Below are positions 1-11,746 of a DNA stretch of 64,000 nucleotides, piece by piece. The DNA comes from Prasinococcaceae sp. CCMP 1430. Lineage: Eukaryota; Plantae; Prasinodermophyta. The number at the start of each line of letters is the position of its first letter. Within the stretch, counting starts at the first letter, position 1. The stretch covers positions 74,263-138,262 of the forward strand of contig RQSC01000005.1 in the NCBI GenBank assembly GCA_013416795.1, written 5' to 3'. The translations under genes were made by a program, and so were the position numbers. The notes under the pieces are model-generated. The model searched no databases, was not told the DNA's origin, and worked only from the letters and a program-made list of their open reading frames with translations.

Positions 1-317
1 TTTTTTTCAGGGAATATTCCTCGGGTTCGAACAGAACCAGATCTCGGGGTCGCGCTCGCTCTCGCCGAAACCGAAACTCGTCGAAAGGGTCCCGAGTGGA
101 TTGATTTGGATTAGGGTTTACAGTACATTTATCCGAGGAGGTGTGCGCCGGCGGTGACGTGGCGGGTGGCGTGTGGCGTGTGGCGGCCGGCAGGGGCCAC
201 TCGAGCCATTCGGTACAGGACGCGCCGGGGGTGCCCCCCACCCCACCCCCCTGCCCACGGGCACACACACACACAGGGGCGGCGTCCCCGCCGGGCCCGG
301 CGGGGCGGGCGCGTGCG

Positions 318-2763
318 ATGCTCGCCAAGATGACGTTTGACGAGAAGGCCTCGCTGCTCGGCGGCGTCGGGTACGCGAAGAGCCCGTACGTCGGCGCGAC
401 GGCTGGCGTGGCACGCCTGGGCGTCCCGCCGCTTCAGCTCAACGATGCAGGCCAAGGCTTCCGGACAGACGGCCAAAACGAGTCGTTGCCGGGAAGCAGC
501 ACCGCCTTCCCTTGCGCGCTGGCCGTCGCCGCCACCTTCGACGAGGCACTTGCGGCCTCGACCGCTAGCGCCATGGCGCGCGAGTTTGTGAGAAAAGGCG
601 CGAACGGACTCCTCGCACCCGCCGTCAACGTGCTGCGCGTGCCGCAGAACGGCCGCTCGTTCGAGTACCTCTCTGGCGAGGATCCTATATTGGGCGCGCG
701 GCTCGTCGAGGCGACCGTGCTTGCCATCCAGGAGGAAGGCATCATCGCCACACCCAAGCACTTTATTGACAACTCGCAGGAGGAGCAGCGCCAAGGCGTC
801 AACGAGGTCGTCGATGGCCGCACGCAGCGCGAGCTCTACATGCGTCCGTTTGCCGCGGCGGCGCGCGCGGGCGCGGCGGCGACCATGTGCAGTTACAACC
901 GCATTAACGGCCCGTGGGCCTGCGAGAGTGAAGCCACGCTCACCGGGCTGCTCCGCAAGGAAGCCGGCTTCGTCGGCTTTGTCATGAGCGACTGGGGTGG
1001 CACCCACTCAACCGCTGCTGCGATCAAGGCCGGCATGGACCAGGAGATGGGGGAGGTGGATTTCTTCGCGCCCGCGAGGCTCAAGGCTGCCATAGCCGCG
1101 GGAGCTATGAGCGAGGCAGACGTGGACACAGCCGCCGTGCGCGTCCTGACATCGATGTATGCCATCGGGCTCATGGATGCCCCCCCCCGGCCACCTGGTT
1201 CCGTCCATGCCAATGTCACCACGCCCGAGCACGCGGAACTCGCGCGCAACGTGTCCGCGGCGTCGCTCGTGCTGCTGACCAACGAGCGGAAGGCGCTGCC
1301 GCTTCGCGCCGCGCAGCGCGTGGCCGTGATCGGCGACGCGGCACACAATGCGCCAATCGTAGTAGGGGGTGGGTCAGGCCGCGTGCAACCTCCCTACGTT
1401 GCAACGCATCTCCAGGGGATACGCGCCGCTGCAATCGCGGGCGGCGTGAGCTACACGCCCTCGGGTGATCGTGATGCCGCGGCTCTTGTGGCCGCTGCCG
1501 CCGATGTGGCAGTGGTTGTGGTCGGCGTGAACAGCAGCGAGGGATCCGACCGCGACAGCCTGTCGCTGGCCGCTGAGGATGATGCGCTCGTTGAGGCCGT
1601 CATCGCAGCGCAGCCCGACACCGTAGTGGTCGTATGTGCGCCTGGCCCGGTGCTCATGCCGTGGACCCAGAGCGCCGGCGCGGTGGTGCTTCAGATATAT
1701 GGCGGCCAAGAGGCGGGCAACGCCGTGGCTGACGTGCTCTACAACAGGTATTCGCCCACGGGAAGGCTGCCCTTCACCATTCCCAGGGTGGAGAACGAGC
1801 GCAAGTTCACCGAGGAGCAATACCCAGGCGTCGGCGGCGTTGTGCATTACACTGAGAAGCTCGCCATCGGGTACAGGTGAGCGTGAACGCGCTGCGCGCG
1901 CGTCGGTGCGCGCGCGGCACGCACGCACGCGTTTGCTGATGTGCTCTCTTTCGCGGCGCGCGAGATGCATCGCAGGTGGTACGACAGGACGTCCGTCGCC
2001 ACCGGCGAGGGGCGATCTGCCGGCGAGGACGGCGAGGCTGCGCCCACTTCGTCGCCCCAGCCCGCCTTCTATTTCGGTCACGGTCTGACGTACACCGAAT
2101 TCTCCTATTCGGATGTGAGCACTCACGTGCCGCCGAGGGAGTATGCCGCTTTGGTGACCGCCTCGTTGGTCAACGTCGGTAGCGAGAGCGGCTGCGAGCT
2201 CGCCCAGCTCTACGTGTCGTGGCCCAAGGGCGGACTCGGCGCAGATGAGCCACCTGCGCAGCTGCGCGGCTTCGAGCGAATCTGTCTCAAGGCGGGGCAA
2301 GATGCCGTCATCAACTTCGAAATCACACTAGAGGCGCTGCAGCTCTACGACGAGGACAAGGTGCGCTCCTGCTCGCGAGGGTTGGTGAGGTTGGAGCGCA
2401 GTGGAGCCTTCGATGGGGTCGCGTTTGATAGAGTGAGAACTTTACGTGCTGACGCGCCGTTTGCATTCGCTCGCGCCGGCACGCGCGCGAACGTCTCCAC
2501 GAACGCGCGTGTCTGCGCGCGTGGTGTCCGCACCACATCCGTCTCCTCTGCAGGGCGAGTGGACTGTGCCAAGCGGCGAGTACGAAGCATTCGTGGCACC
2601 CTGTGCAGGCTGCCTCGGGGCTGCGGCCCCGGTCACTTTCAGCATTGGAACGCGTGCTTCCGTGGTGACGCGCGCAGAGGGTGCGGAGGCCTCCGGCGGT
2701 GCACCCTGCAGGGCTGGTGCTGTTGCCGCGGCGCAGAATGCGGCTGCTGTGGCAGTGATGTAA
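318..2763 (+). CDS. Glycoside hydrolase family 3 beta-glucosidase (3 exons: 318-1876, 1976-2360, 2554-2763)
   Basis: GH3 motifs RVPQNGRSFEYLSGEDP, KHF, MCSYNRING, GFVMSDWG, GQEAGNAVADVL, PTGRLPFT. GT-AG introns 1877-1975 and 2361-2553 restore GYRWYD and the Fn3-like tail (QLRGFERICL...GEWTVPSGEY). Confidence 0.92.
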
Positions 2764-2771
2764 AATCTCAA

Positions 2772-3631
2772 TCATTGTGCCTTAAATGAGAGCCTGGCCT
2801 CGACGTCTTCCCTGACGATGGCGAGCGCTTGCTCGTCAAGCTCGCCGAGTAGCGCCATCACTGCGTACAACACATTCGAAGATGTGGGAGGCGACCGAGA
2901 CGTCTAAAGACATTGCGAGTGCATTCACGTGCGCGCGCCAGAGTAAGCTGCTGTGGCGGTTGTGGCCGCGAAGTGAAAAGCCGGCGCGCATGCGTGCACC
3001 GCCACGCTGGCCGCGACGCTCGCACCTTCGTTGCTGGCGCCTTTGTTCTCACTGTCTGTGCCGGCCTAGGGGCCGTCCCCGCGCCCTGGTCCCCAGCCAC
3101 GGCCTCTGTCCTCTCCGCGGCCTCGCTCTCCTCGAGCGCCGCCACTACGCTTGCTGGTAGCGCCACGCCCTCTGCCGCGCGCCTCTCTTCCTTGGTCACG
3201 TCCATGTTGTCGAGCTTTGTTAGGCGCGGCAGCAGACGCAGCACCGCGGAGCGGTATCCCTTGTCTTCTGCACACGGGTTGTCCGCGAGCCAGAGGACGC
3301 TGAGCCTCTTTAGGCCGCGCAAGTGCAACAACTCGCCGAGATCGGCCACGTGATTCTTGCGCAGGTAGAGCTCCTGCAGGCGCACGCAGTCCGCAAACGG
3401 GCGGAGGCTCGTCACTTTGTTGACGCTGAGGGATATAACCTCTGCGTTAGGCAAGGACGACACCAGCGACACGTCCGACAAGCCGCTGCCCCATAGGTTG
3501 AGGTTACGCACCGCCGACAGCGCAGCGCAGCGCGCTTTGTGTAGCACGAGCTTCTCAGTCAGCACCGCCGGCTTGTCAGCACCCGTAGCAGGTGGCGGCC
3601 CCACGGTTGCGTCGGCCGCGGCCGCTGTCAT
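2772..3631 (-). CDS. CFAP410: CFAP410/C21orf2-like leucine-rich repeat protein (exons 3631-3026, 2903-2772)
   Basis: N-terminal LRRs (VRNLNLWGSGLSDVS, LQELYLRKN, LWLADNPC, LPRLTKLDN). Removing intron 3025-2904 gives the C-terminal helix SNVLYAVMALLGELDEQALAIVREDVEARL typical of CFAP410. Confidence 0.85.
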
Positions 3632-4399
3632 CGCTGCCTGCGACGTGCCCAGCCGCTCTGAGACGCCCTTTCGCAGCTCCGCTCTCCCAACGATTTGCAA
3701 CGCGCGCCCGTCCGTCTCCCCGTAATCACCGCGACCACCACCCCGCCCGACCCTCCCCTTGCCTCCACTCAGAGCCACCCCTCGGGCAGCCGCGCGTCTG
3801 CCCCAGCACGAGCCTGATTCGAGTGCGCACTCGTGCGCGCCTTGTTGCAGTCGCTGGCGCCCCGTCCGTGCCCACGGCGCAGGCGGCCGGCAGCGCGCCT
3901 GGATGCCGCGTACGCGCGCTGTGACGCGCGCGGCCGCGAGCCCCGCCCTCACAGCTGGAGGCATGGAGCCGAAGGCCTTCCAACAAGCAGTGCGGCGCGC
4001 CCTCCCCCAACCCCCCTCACGCCACCCCAACCCCCACTCCCACCCCTCGCCCGCTCGCCCGTTCGTGCCGCGCGCTGCCGGCCTGCTGCTGCTGTGTTGG
4101 GGAACGAGCCCCCCCCGCGGCTCGCGCTCGCCCTGGAATATGGACCCTACATTTCGCATCCCCTAAACACGCGTAGCGCGACGTCAATAACCCTAACCAG
4201 GATCCGCGATGAGGAGCGGATGGAGCGGCGCGCCGCGCACACAGCGCGCGCGCGGCGCGTGCGCGCGCATGCCCGCGTCGCTCGTGAAGCACAGCACGCA
4301 CTTTCTCTAGACCCGGGCGCAGCCTCGAAGGCGCCGCCTTAAAACAAAAATACAGTCGTTACGCCCCAGGGCTCGGGGGCCGCGCGCGCCGCGCCGGCT

Positions 4400-5560
4400 A
4401 TGGTGACGCGCGCGCGCACCGCGGAGCTCATGCTGCCCGACCACTCGAACCCGGCGGGCAACGTCCACGGCGGAGAGATCCTCAAGCTGGTCGAGAACGC
4501 GACGTGGATAGCCGCTTCGCGGCACGTCAACGCCAAGCGCGTGAGCGACGGCAGCGGGAATGACGCGAGGGCAGCGCTCGTGCCCGCGCTCGTGCGCCTG
4601 GAACAGATGCAGTTCCTTCTCCCCGCCCACGTTGGCGAGGTGATGCAGCTCGACGCACAGGTGGTCTTCGCGTCGGCGCGAAGCCTGTGCGTGGCGGTGA
4701 CGGTGAGCGCTGAGGCCGTATTGCACGGCGATCCGCCACGCGAGACCAACTCGGCGCTTGCGTGGTACGTAGCGTACGAGGCGCAGGGCCCCGACGGCAC
4801 CACCTCGCTCGCGCCGCAGCGCATGCCGCCCGTGGACGCAGCGCAGCTTGAGGGGCGCTTCGCGTGGTGGGCGCGCGAGGCCAAGCGACTGTATCACGCC
4901 AGGAAGGGCGGTATTGTGCGCTCGGCATCTGTAGAAACCATGCCAACCGCGCCGCCGTCGGGCGCAAACGGGGAAAGCGCGCCAGGCCTCTCTGTTGGGG
5001 CGATCGCGGCACAGACGGGTGGCGCCCAGCTTCGCCCGCCGTCATCCGATCTCGGCGAAACGCGCGCACCCGCCGAGAGCTACACCGAGCTCGCGCGGCT
5101 GCTGCTGCCGAGCGACTGCGTCAGCGGCGGAGTGTGCCGCGGTGGAGTCTTGCTGAAGCTCATGGACGAATGCGCGGGCGTGAGCGCGTACAGACACGCG
5201 CGCAAGGCGGGGGTGGTGACGGCATCTGTGGAGGCCGTGGACTTCGCCTCGGCTGCGCGCAACGGCGAGGTCGTGCGCCTGGTCGGCCAGGTAGCATACG
5301 CGAGCTCGCGCTCGCTCGACGTTCGCGTGCGCGTATTCGTGGACCACGGCGCTGCAGGGGGTGAGGTGCATGTCGCATCCTCACATTTCATTTATGTCGC
5401 CCTCGACGAGAATGGCGCCGTCACCACGGTGGCACCGCTCGCGCCCCAGACCGATGCCGAGCGCACGGCCTTCACGGAGGGCGAAGCGGCCTATGCCGAG
5501 AGGAAGCGAAAGCGCAAGGCTGAGGCGCAGGCAGTAGACGCGTGCGCGGGCGGCCAGTAA
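4400..5560 (+). CDS. Double hot-dog acyl-CoA thioesterase (ACOT7-like)
   Basis: Two hot-dog domains: MLPDHSNPAGNVHGGEILKLVE and LLPSDC..GVCRGGVLLKLMDECAG, plus FIYVALDENG. Intronless ORF. Confidence 0.9.
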   Translation: MVTRARTAELMLPDHSNPAGNVHGGEILKLVENATWIAASRHVNAKRVSDGSGNDARAALVPALVRLEQMQFLLPAHVGEVMQLDAQVVFASARSLCVAVTVSAEAVLHGDPPRETNSALAWYVAYEAQGPDGTTSLAPQRMPPVDAAQLEGRFAWWAREAKRLYHARKGGIVRSASVETMPTAPPSGANGESAPGLSVGAIAAQTGGAQLRPPSSDLGETRAPAESYTELARLLLPSDCVSGGVCRGGVLLKLMDECAGVSAYRHARKAGVVTASVEAVDFASAARNGEVVRLVGQVAYASSRSLDVRVRVFVDHGAAGGEVHVASSHFIYVALDENGAVTTVAPLAPQTDAERTAFTEGEAAYAERKRKRKAEAQAVDACAGGQ

Positions 5561-5738
5561 TTCATGCCGTGGCAGCACTCCGCGCACTGGCTCTCGGTCC
5601 CCTCAGTTAGAGCGCTCATACGTCGCACGCCACTCTGGAAGCAAGCGGGGAATGGAACAGCTTGCGTTCTCGTCACGCACGGCGTGCTCTCGTCGTGCTC
5701 TCACTCGCTATGCTCTCTCAATTCGCCAAGAGCCTCAC

Positions 5739-6146
5739 TCACTGCGCCTTCTGCTCGGCGTCGTACCTCCTCTTGAGCACCAGAAGCAAGGCCCCAGATG
5801 CGTAGAGCACGGTCACGTCACCGTATGGCATGACGTGTTCCCACTCCTGGCGCCAGTCCATGAAGGTCTCCACGAGCATGACCGTGGCGTGCGAAAAGAA
5901 GCCGCCGTAGATGGCCCACGTCAGGAGCATGTCGGCGCCCCGGATGTCGGACGCGCCGGCGTACAAGGCGATGCCCAAGGAAACGTACGTGACGAGGATC
6001 ATCCATTCGTACTCGTATTGGTTTGGCTCCCATAAGTAGCCGTGGCGAAGGACGTAGAGAAGCGGCGCGAGCCCGAAGACAAGGGCGGCACCCACCGCGC
6101 GCATGCCCAGCGAGAGGTGCGCCTCGGCGGGCGACATTTCGGGCAT
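5739..6146 (-). CDS. Small 4-TM membrane protein, DUF6632-like
   Basis: 135 aa with four hydrophobic segments. Pattern W.P....YEWMI...Y..LG, SHATVM, H..GDV..L recalls bacterial DUF6632 proteins (recognised from memory). Confidence 0.65.
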   Translation of the reverse strand: MPEMSPAEAHLSLGMRAVGAALVFGLAPLLYVLRHGYLWEPNQYEYEWMILVTYVSLGIALYAGASDIRGADMLLTWAIYGGFFSHATVMLVETFMDWRQEWEHVMPYGDVTVLYASGALLLVLKRRYDAEQKAQ

Positions 6147-6647
6147 GGCGGCAAGCGCCAGCGCGAGGCCTTGACCGTCAGTGGCCCGCCGATACTCTTC
6201 GCGCCTCCTCCTCCACCGCCCAGCCGGTCCCAGCTCCCTCGCCCGCCCCTGGCGCGACGAGCACGTCCGCGGCCACGCCCTGCTCCACGCGGCGGCAGGG
6301 CGCGGGCGGTGATTGCGTATGAGAGCCTCCCGGTCGAGAGCGTGTGCCGCCTGCGCAGTGCCCGCACAGGACCGCACCGCACGACCATATCGCGCGAGAG
6401 GCGCCGCTGCTCCCCGCCTGGCGGGCGCCGGGAAAAACTCGCGTGCGCTCACTTTCTTTTTGACCTGACTGAGATTGTCCGCGGGGACGTGCGCGAGCTG
6501 CATGCGATTTGACTCGGGTTTCGCCGGATTCAGTTCAATTCGGCGCGCGTTCCGCGGCCTAGGCGCGAGGTGGCCGCGATCGGCAGCGTGCGGCCGTGAG
6601 CGCGCCACGGCGCCGCGCGCGCGCGCTGCTGCGGCTCCGCTCGGGGT

Positions 6648-8007
6648 GTGCGGCGCGCGCGGGGCGCGGCGCCGGCGCGCTGCGCAGGCGGGGACGCGGG
6701 GGCGACCTCGGAGGCGACTGATGTCGCCGAGGAGACCACGGATGCCACCGATGGTGCGGCTTCTACCGCGACGGTGACCGAGGAGCCGGCCCAGGCCGCC
6801 GCCGGGCCGGCGATCCAGACCGACGTCGCCCGGTGGAACAGCGTCGAGCCCAAGACGTTCGCGGTGGGCAGCTCGGACCAGCTCCCGGCGCTCGTCGGCG
6901 GTGGCATCGGCGCGTTTTTGCTGCGCGGCGGCATCGGCGCGCTTGCTGAGGGTTACAACGCCGAGGTCGTAGACAACGACCCGAGCCGCTACTCCATCGC
7001 GCGCCTGCCCGGCGGCAAGATGCTCAAGGAGACGGCCAGGACGACGAGCGGCGCGGCCGACGCCTTCGCGCGCCCGTCTGAGATGCTCGTCGTGTACGAG
7101 TTCCAGAGCTGCCCGTACTGCCGGTGCGTGCGCCTGCGAGGCATTGCGCATCCATCCAACCACTCGTGTCGACTAGACTGCCGCGCCGAGCCTCTGCTGA
7201 CGTGACGACCGCACCCTGCCCTCCCGCGGTTGGCGCCCTCCGCCCGACGACCTCCCGCCCGAACACAACTCCGCTCTATGCGAGTACAGGAAGGTGCGCG
7301 AGGCCATCAACGCCTTGGACCTGGACGCGACCTTCTACCCTGTCACCGACCGCTCGGGCGCTGAGGATAGCTTCCGCGTGAAGGCGAAGGAGCTAGCGGA
7401 CCGCTACGGCCTCGAGGGAAGGCAGCGCTTCCCTTTGCTGCACGACCCCGGCGCCGACAAGGCCATGTACGAGTCCGACGGTGAGCAGCAGGCGCGCGCG
7501 CGCGCGCGCGCGCCGAGTGCGCTGCCAACACCAGCTGCTTGAGCGCACCAGCATGCGCGTGCGCGACGCTGACGCGCAACCCCATCCGATGCCCTCTTGC
7601 GCCCAGACATTATCGCCTATCTGGTCAACAAGTATGGCGGCGGCGGGGAGGTGCCGCTCATGCTGCGGCTGGGCCCCGTGACCACGCTGACGGCGGGGCT
7701 GGCGGCTCTCGCACGCGGTGGCGCGGGTGGCAGCTACACTGCGTCCGCGGGCGCTGCGCGTCCCGATGCACCCATCGATTTCTACGGCTACGAGCCCAGC
7801 CCGTTCAGCATGGTCGTCCGCGAGAAGCTTTGCGAGCTCGGGCTGGCGCACAACTGGTACACGACGCCCAGGGGCTCGGCCACCAGGGACATCATCTTCG
7901 AGAAGACGGGTCGCTTCCAGGTCCCTTACATTGAGGACCCCAACACTGGTGTCAAGATGTTCGAGTCCATTCAGATCGTCGAGTACCTCGAGGCCACCTA
8001 CTCGTAG
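6648..8007 (+). CDS. Tandem GST-N/thioredoxin-fold protein, probably plastid-targeted (exons ~6648-7123, 7290-7480, 7607-8007; start codon unresolved)
   Basis: YEFQSCPYC|RKVREA, FPLLHDP..MYESD|DIIAYL, then a second domain YGYEPSPFSMVVREKLCEL..FQVPYIEDPNTGVKMFES. GT-AG introns 7124-7289 and 7481-7606. Confidence 0.85.
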
Positions 8008-8185
8008 ACCGTACGCGCGCCGTGCGTCCGCTCAATGCTGGCGGCGCGTGGACGTAAGGAGAGTGCGCTCTGTACATATACCAAATGAATGAATAAAAAC
8101 AGAGCACGCGCGCGCGCGCGCGCGCGCTCGTATGGTACGCTCTCGTATGGTACATCGGCTCGCTTTGTGCGAGAGGGCGCGGGGC

Positions 8186-9822
8186 TCATCGCGTGGGGTG
8201 GTCCGCGACCTCCTCGTCTCTCGCGGCGGCGACTGCGTCGTCACCGGTGCCGTCGACGTCAGTTTCCTCACCGTCCTTGTGCTCAGGCGGCACAGCCCCA
8301 CCCAAAATGGGCGCGTACACGCACGCGCTGGTGGCCTGAATGCACGCTGTCACCAGGAATGTGAACCCATAGCCATGGTGGTCGCACAGGACGCCGCCGA
8401 GCGCTGCGGAGCCACACCAGCCGAATTGGCTGATGCTCTCGAGCGACTTCCAGCGCGAGCGCTGGGACGCAGGGCAGGTGTCCATGAGGATGGACTCCTC
8501 GAGGGGATACGTAGAGTTGATGATGCTCGTTCGGCAGAGATAGAGCAAGCACATGACGATGGGGTGCTTGACGATCGAGAACTCGCGCGCGTACTTCTCC
8601 AGTGCCCACATGCACAGCAGCAGAGAGATGCCAAAGAACTTGAATACCATGATGGAAGCCACGCGTCCACCGAACACGTTGGCCGCCACGTGGCACAGGT
8701 GGCTCGCTGGAGCCATCAGAAGAGGCAGGCACGCATAGATCGCCTGGACCTCGATCGGGGTGAGCCTGAGATCCGAGAGGAAAAAGAGAGGAAAGAACTT
8801 GGTCGTCATTCCACTGCCAATCGAGATGAGCACCGTCCCCAGGAACATTATCAACGGCACGCGTCGCGTGTGGACGCCCATCCAAGACGTGCCGTGCTCG
8901 AGCATGGTCATCGAAGAGGAGCTGTCGGCCCGGTGCATGCCCGAGGTGCCGCCAGCCTCGTCCTTAAGGTCGCCCTCCGCGTCATCGCCGCCGCCAAGGA
9001 GCGGGTCCTCCAGCTCACCCGCGGCCTGTTGCCGCCGCTGGCGGCGGCGCTCGGCGGCTGCGTCGAGCTCGTCGTCTTGTTGAGTGCGCGCAAAGCCCAG
9101 CATGGCGGCGCTCGTGGGCCACTGCAACGCGAAGCCCACGCACAGCACGGTCTCGAGCACGTCGATGCCCCAGTGATTGCCCAGCCGCCAGAACAGGCAG
9201 ATCGCTACCAGCGGCCCGCACACGCTGGAGAAGAGATAAGCAGCGAATAGGAGGACGTACACCTCGGAACGCCTGCCGGGAGGAGTCTCATCGGCGAGCA
9301 TGGCCTGTATGGGGCCCGAGACCACGCCGCCGAAAAGCCCCTGCAGCGCGAGGCAGCCCGTGAAAGCGTAGTAGCGCGCGTGGTCCGGCATGGGCACGAG
9401 CACGACCGCCATCGTCACGGTGGTCGCCAGCGCGTAGAGCACCCCTCCAATCTTCGCCAGCTTCCGCCGTGAGATGAGCTTATCGCTGATGTAGCCGATG
9501 GGAAGCGCGCTGATGAGCACGGCGAGCCCGTTCGCCGCCTCGGCGTAGCCAACGCGCGTGTTCTATTGCGGCAAGCGCGAGCGCGACACACCTCGGGGAG
9601 TGTCAGCCGCGCCCATCGGCGCCCACGCGGTGCGCCGCGCGTGCGGGCGCGTGCGCGCGCCGCGCGCGCGCCACGCACGTTGTTTCCGGTGAGCGCGTAC
9701 AGGTACGCCGCGCACACGGTCCCCGACCACACGCTGTCGCTCATGCCCTGCAACGCGGCGACCACGATGACCAGCTTCGCGTTGCGCGTGAGCTCACCCC
9801 AGACCTTCACGAGTTTGGACAT
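8186..9822 (-). CDS. Major facilitator superfamily transporter (exons 9822-9679, 9562-8186)
   Basis: About 12 hydrophobic segments, motif A-like GYISDKLISRR, AMLADETPPGRRS, ILMDTCPASQRSRW. GT-AG intron 9678-9563 keeps the frame (GNN|NTRVGYAEA). Confidence 0.85.
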
Positions 9823-10444
9823 GGCTGCTGCACCCCGCGGCTGGGGCGCGCGAGCGCCGGGGCGGGCGTACGTGCGAGAGGAGGGGCGCGCGCGGGGGGC
9901 GGGCGTCGTCAGGGGCTTCGCCGCGGATGCGCCCGCGCCGGTCACGAAGGATGAGGTCCTCGAGTGCCAGAGGGAATGGGCGGACGCGATCAAGGCCATC
10001 AGCAGGGCGTACCTCGACGGGGGCGACTTCGTGGGCGTCGCGGGCGAGGCCGCCCGCCTGCTCTACGGCTACGGCAGGTGTGACGTGCTCTTCAAGCCCA
10101 CCAAGGCCGCGGAGGTCGCCTTCCGCCCCGAGCTGGCAGGCGCCGTGTCGTACTTCGTCGGCGCGAGGAACGTCGAGGAGGGGGGCGTCGCCGAGGACGG
10201 CGGCTTCGCCATCAACTGCGGCAAGGGCTGGCGCGACGTGGTGTTCACCAACCACAGGATCGACTGCGCCGCGGACACCGCCGTCGCCATGGGCTCGTAC
10301 GCCTTCACGTGCGCCGCCACCGGCGAGCGGACCGAGGCGCACTACACCTTCGGCTACAGGCGCAACGACGACGGCAGGGTGCGCATCTTCCTGCACCACT
10401 CCTCCGTGCCGTACTCCCCGGCGCCCGCGCGCGCGCCCGCGTGA
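9821..10444 (+). CDS. COG4337-type (iota-class related) carbonic anhydrase with N-terminal extension
   Basis: EVLECQREWADAI, YGY..VLFKPTKA, SYFVG, EDGGFAI, AVAMGSYAF, YTFGY, C-terminal IFLHHSSVPY. These match the COG4337/LCIP63-related CA signature. Confidence 0.88.
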   Translation: MAAAPRGWGARAPGRAYVREEGRARGAGVVRGFAADAPAPVTKDEVLECQREWADAIKAISRAYLDGGDFVGVAGEAARLLYGYGRCDVLFKPTKAAEVAFRPELAGAVSYFVGARNVEEGGVAEDGGFAINCGKGWRDVVFTNHRIDCAADTAVAMGSYAFTCAATGERTEAHYTFGYRRNDDGRVRIFLHHSSVPYSPAPARAPA

Positions 10445-10775
10445 GGGAGGGAGGGAGGGAGGGAGGGAAGCGCCCGCCGGCACCCCGAGGGGGGCATCGA
10501 GCGCGCCAACGACGCCGATGTGCGCCCAGACGCGGCGGGCGGGGTTGACGGCGTCACACACACCCATGCCCCCACGCACACACACACACAACGGCGGGGG
10601 CGGCCGCCAGCGCCGCGGCGGGCGCTGAGGACTTTGGGTTCAGAATATTTAAGGTTAATATTATATAGGGTTAAAAAGGCGATGATAGGCATGTGAGTTC
10701 CATTCCTGGATGAATTTACCCACGGGAGAGACTGGAAAGAATATGCTCACAGCTCGCGCAGATTCGCACACGCAC

Positions 10776-10777
<2 letters not shown>

Positions 10778-10827
<50 letters not shown>
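10778..10827. repeat. (GT)n microsatellite
   Basis: About 25 uninterrupted TG units directly visible. Confidence 0.95.
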
Positions 10828-10828
<1 letters not shown>

Positions 10829-11035
10829 CACACGCACACACACGCTCACACACGCACGCAGCGGGGCCACGCCTGAGGGCGGACGCAAGGGTGGTGTCAC
10901 ACGAGCGCGCGTACACGCGCGCGCGCGCACGTGCCTGCAGCCGCACGCGTGCACGAGCGCGCGCGTGTGAGCGCTCGCACGTCTGTGTGTGTGTGCGCGC
11001 GTGTGCGTGTGTGTGACGCCGCGTCGCGCTCTGCG

Positions 11036-11686
11036 ATGGCGTCCCTCGTGGGTCGGCTGGCGGGTCGCGTGGCGCTCGTCACCGGCGGCGGCGCGGGCAT
11101 CGGCGCCGCGGCGTGCCGCCTGTTCGCGCGCGAGGGCGCGAAGGTGCTGGTGGCCGACGTCGACGGCGAGAAGGCGGCGCTCGTGGCCGCGGAGCTCGAG
11201 GTGTGTGCGCGAGCGCACGTGCGCACGCGAACACACACACACACACACACACACTCGCTCACACACACAGACCAGTGCACGCTCACACGCACACGCGTGC
11301 TCAGATGCGCGCGAACACGCATTCTCACACACGCGCCTCTACACGCACACACACGCACACACACACGCACACGCACACGTCCGTGTATGCATAGGCTGTT
11401 CATGGCGCTGGCGTTGCGCTCGGCTTCGCCGCGGACGTGTCGAAGGACGCCGATGCCGAGGCGATGGTGGCAGCCGCCGAGCGGCGCTTCGGGTCGCTCT
11501 CGGTGCTCTTCAACAACGCGGGGGTGATGCTGGGGAACGACTCTGACGCCGTGAACACCCCCGAGAAAACCATCGACGAGACGCTCGCGGTGAACGTGAA
11601 AGGTGTGTGCGCACGGCGCGCGCTCGCGTGCGCGTGTGCACGTGTATATGTGTGTGAGTGTGTGGTGTGTGACATGCGTGCGCGCG

Positions 11687-11746
<60 letters not shown>

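Noticed and set aside
20-60. GGTTCGAA as a tRNA T-loop
   Set aside because: No cloverleaf or acceptor stem can be built around it.
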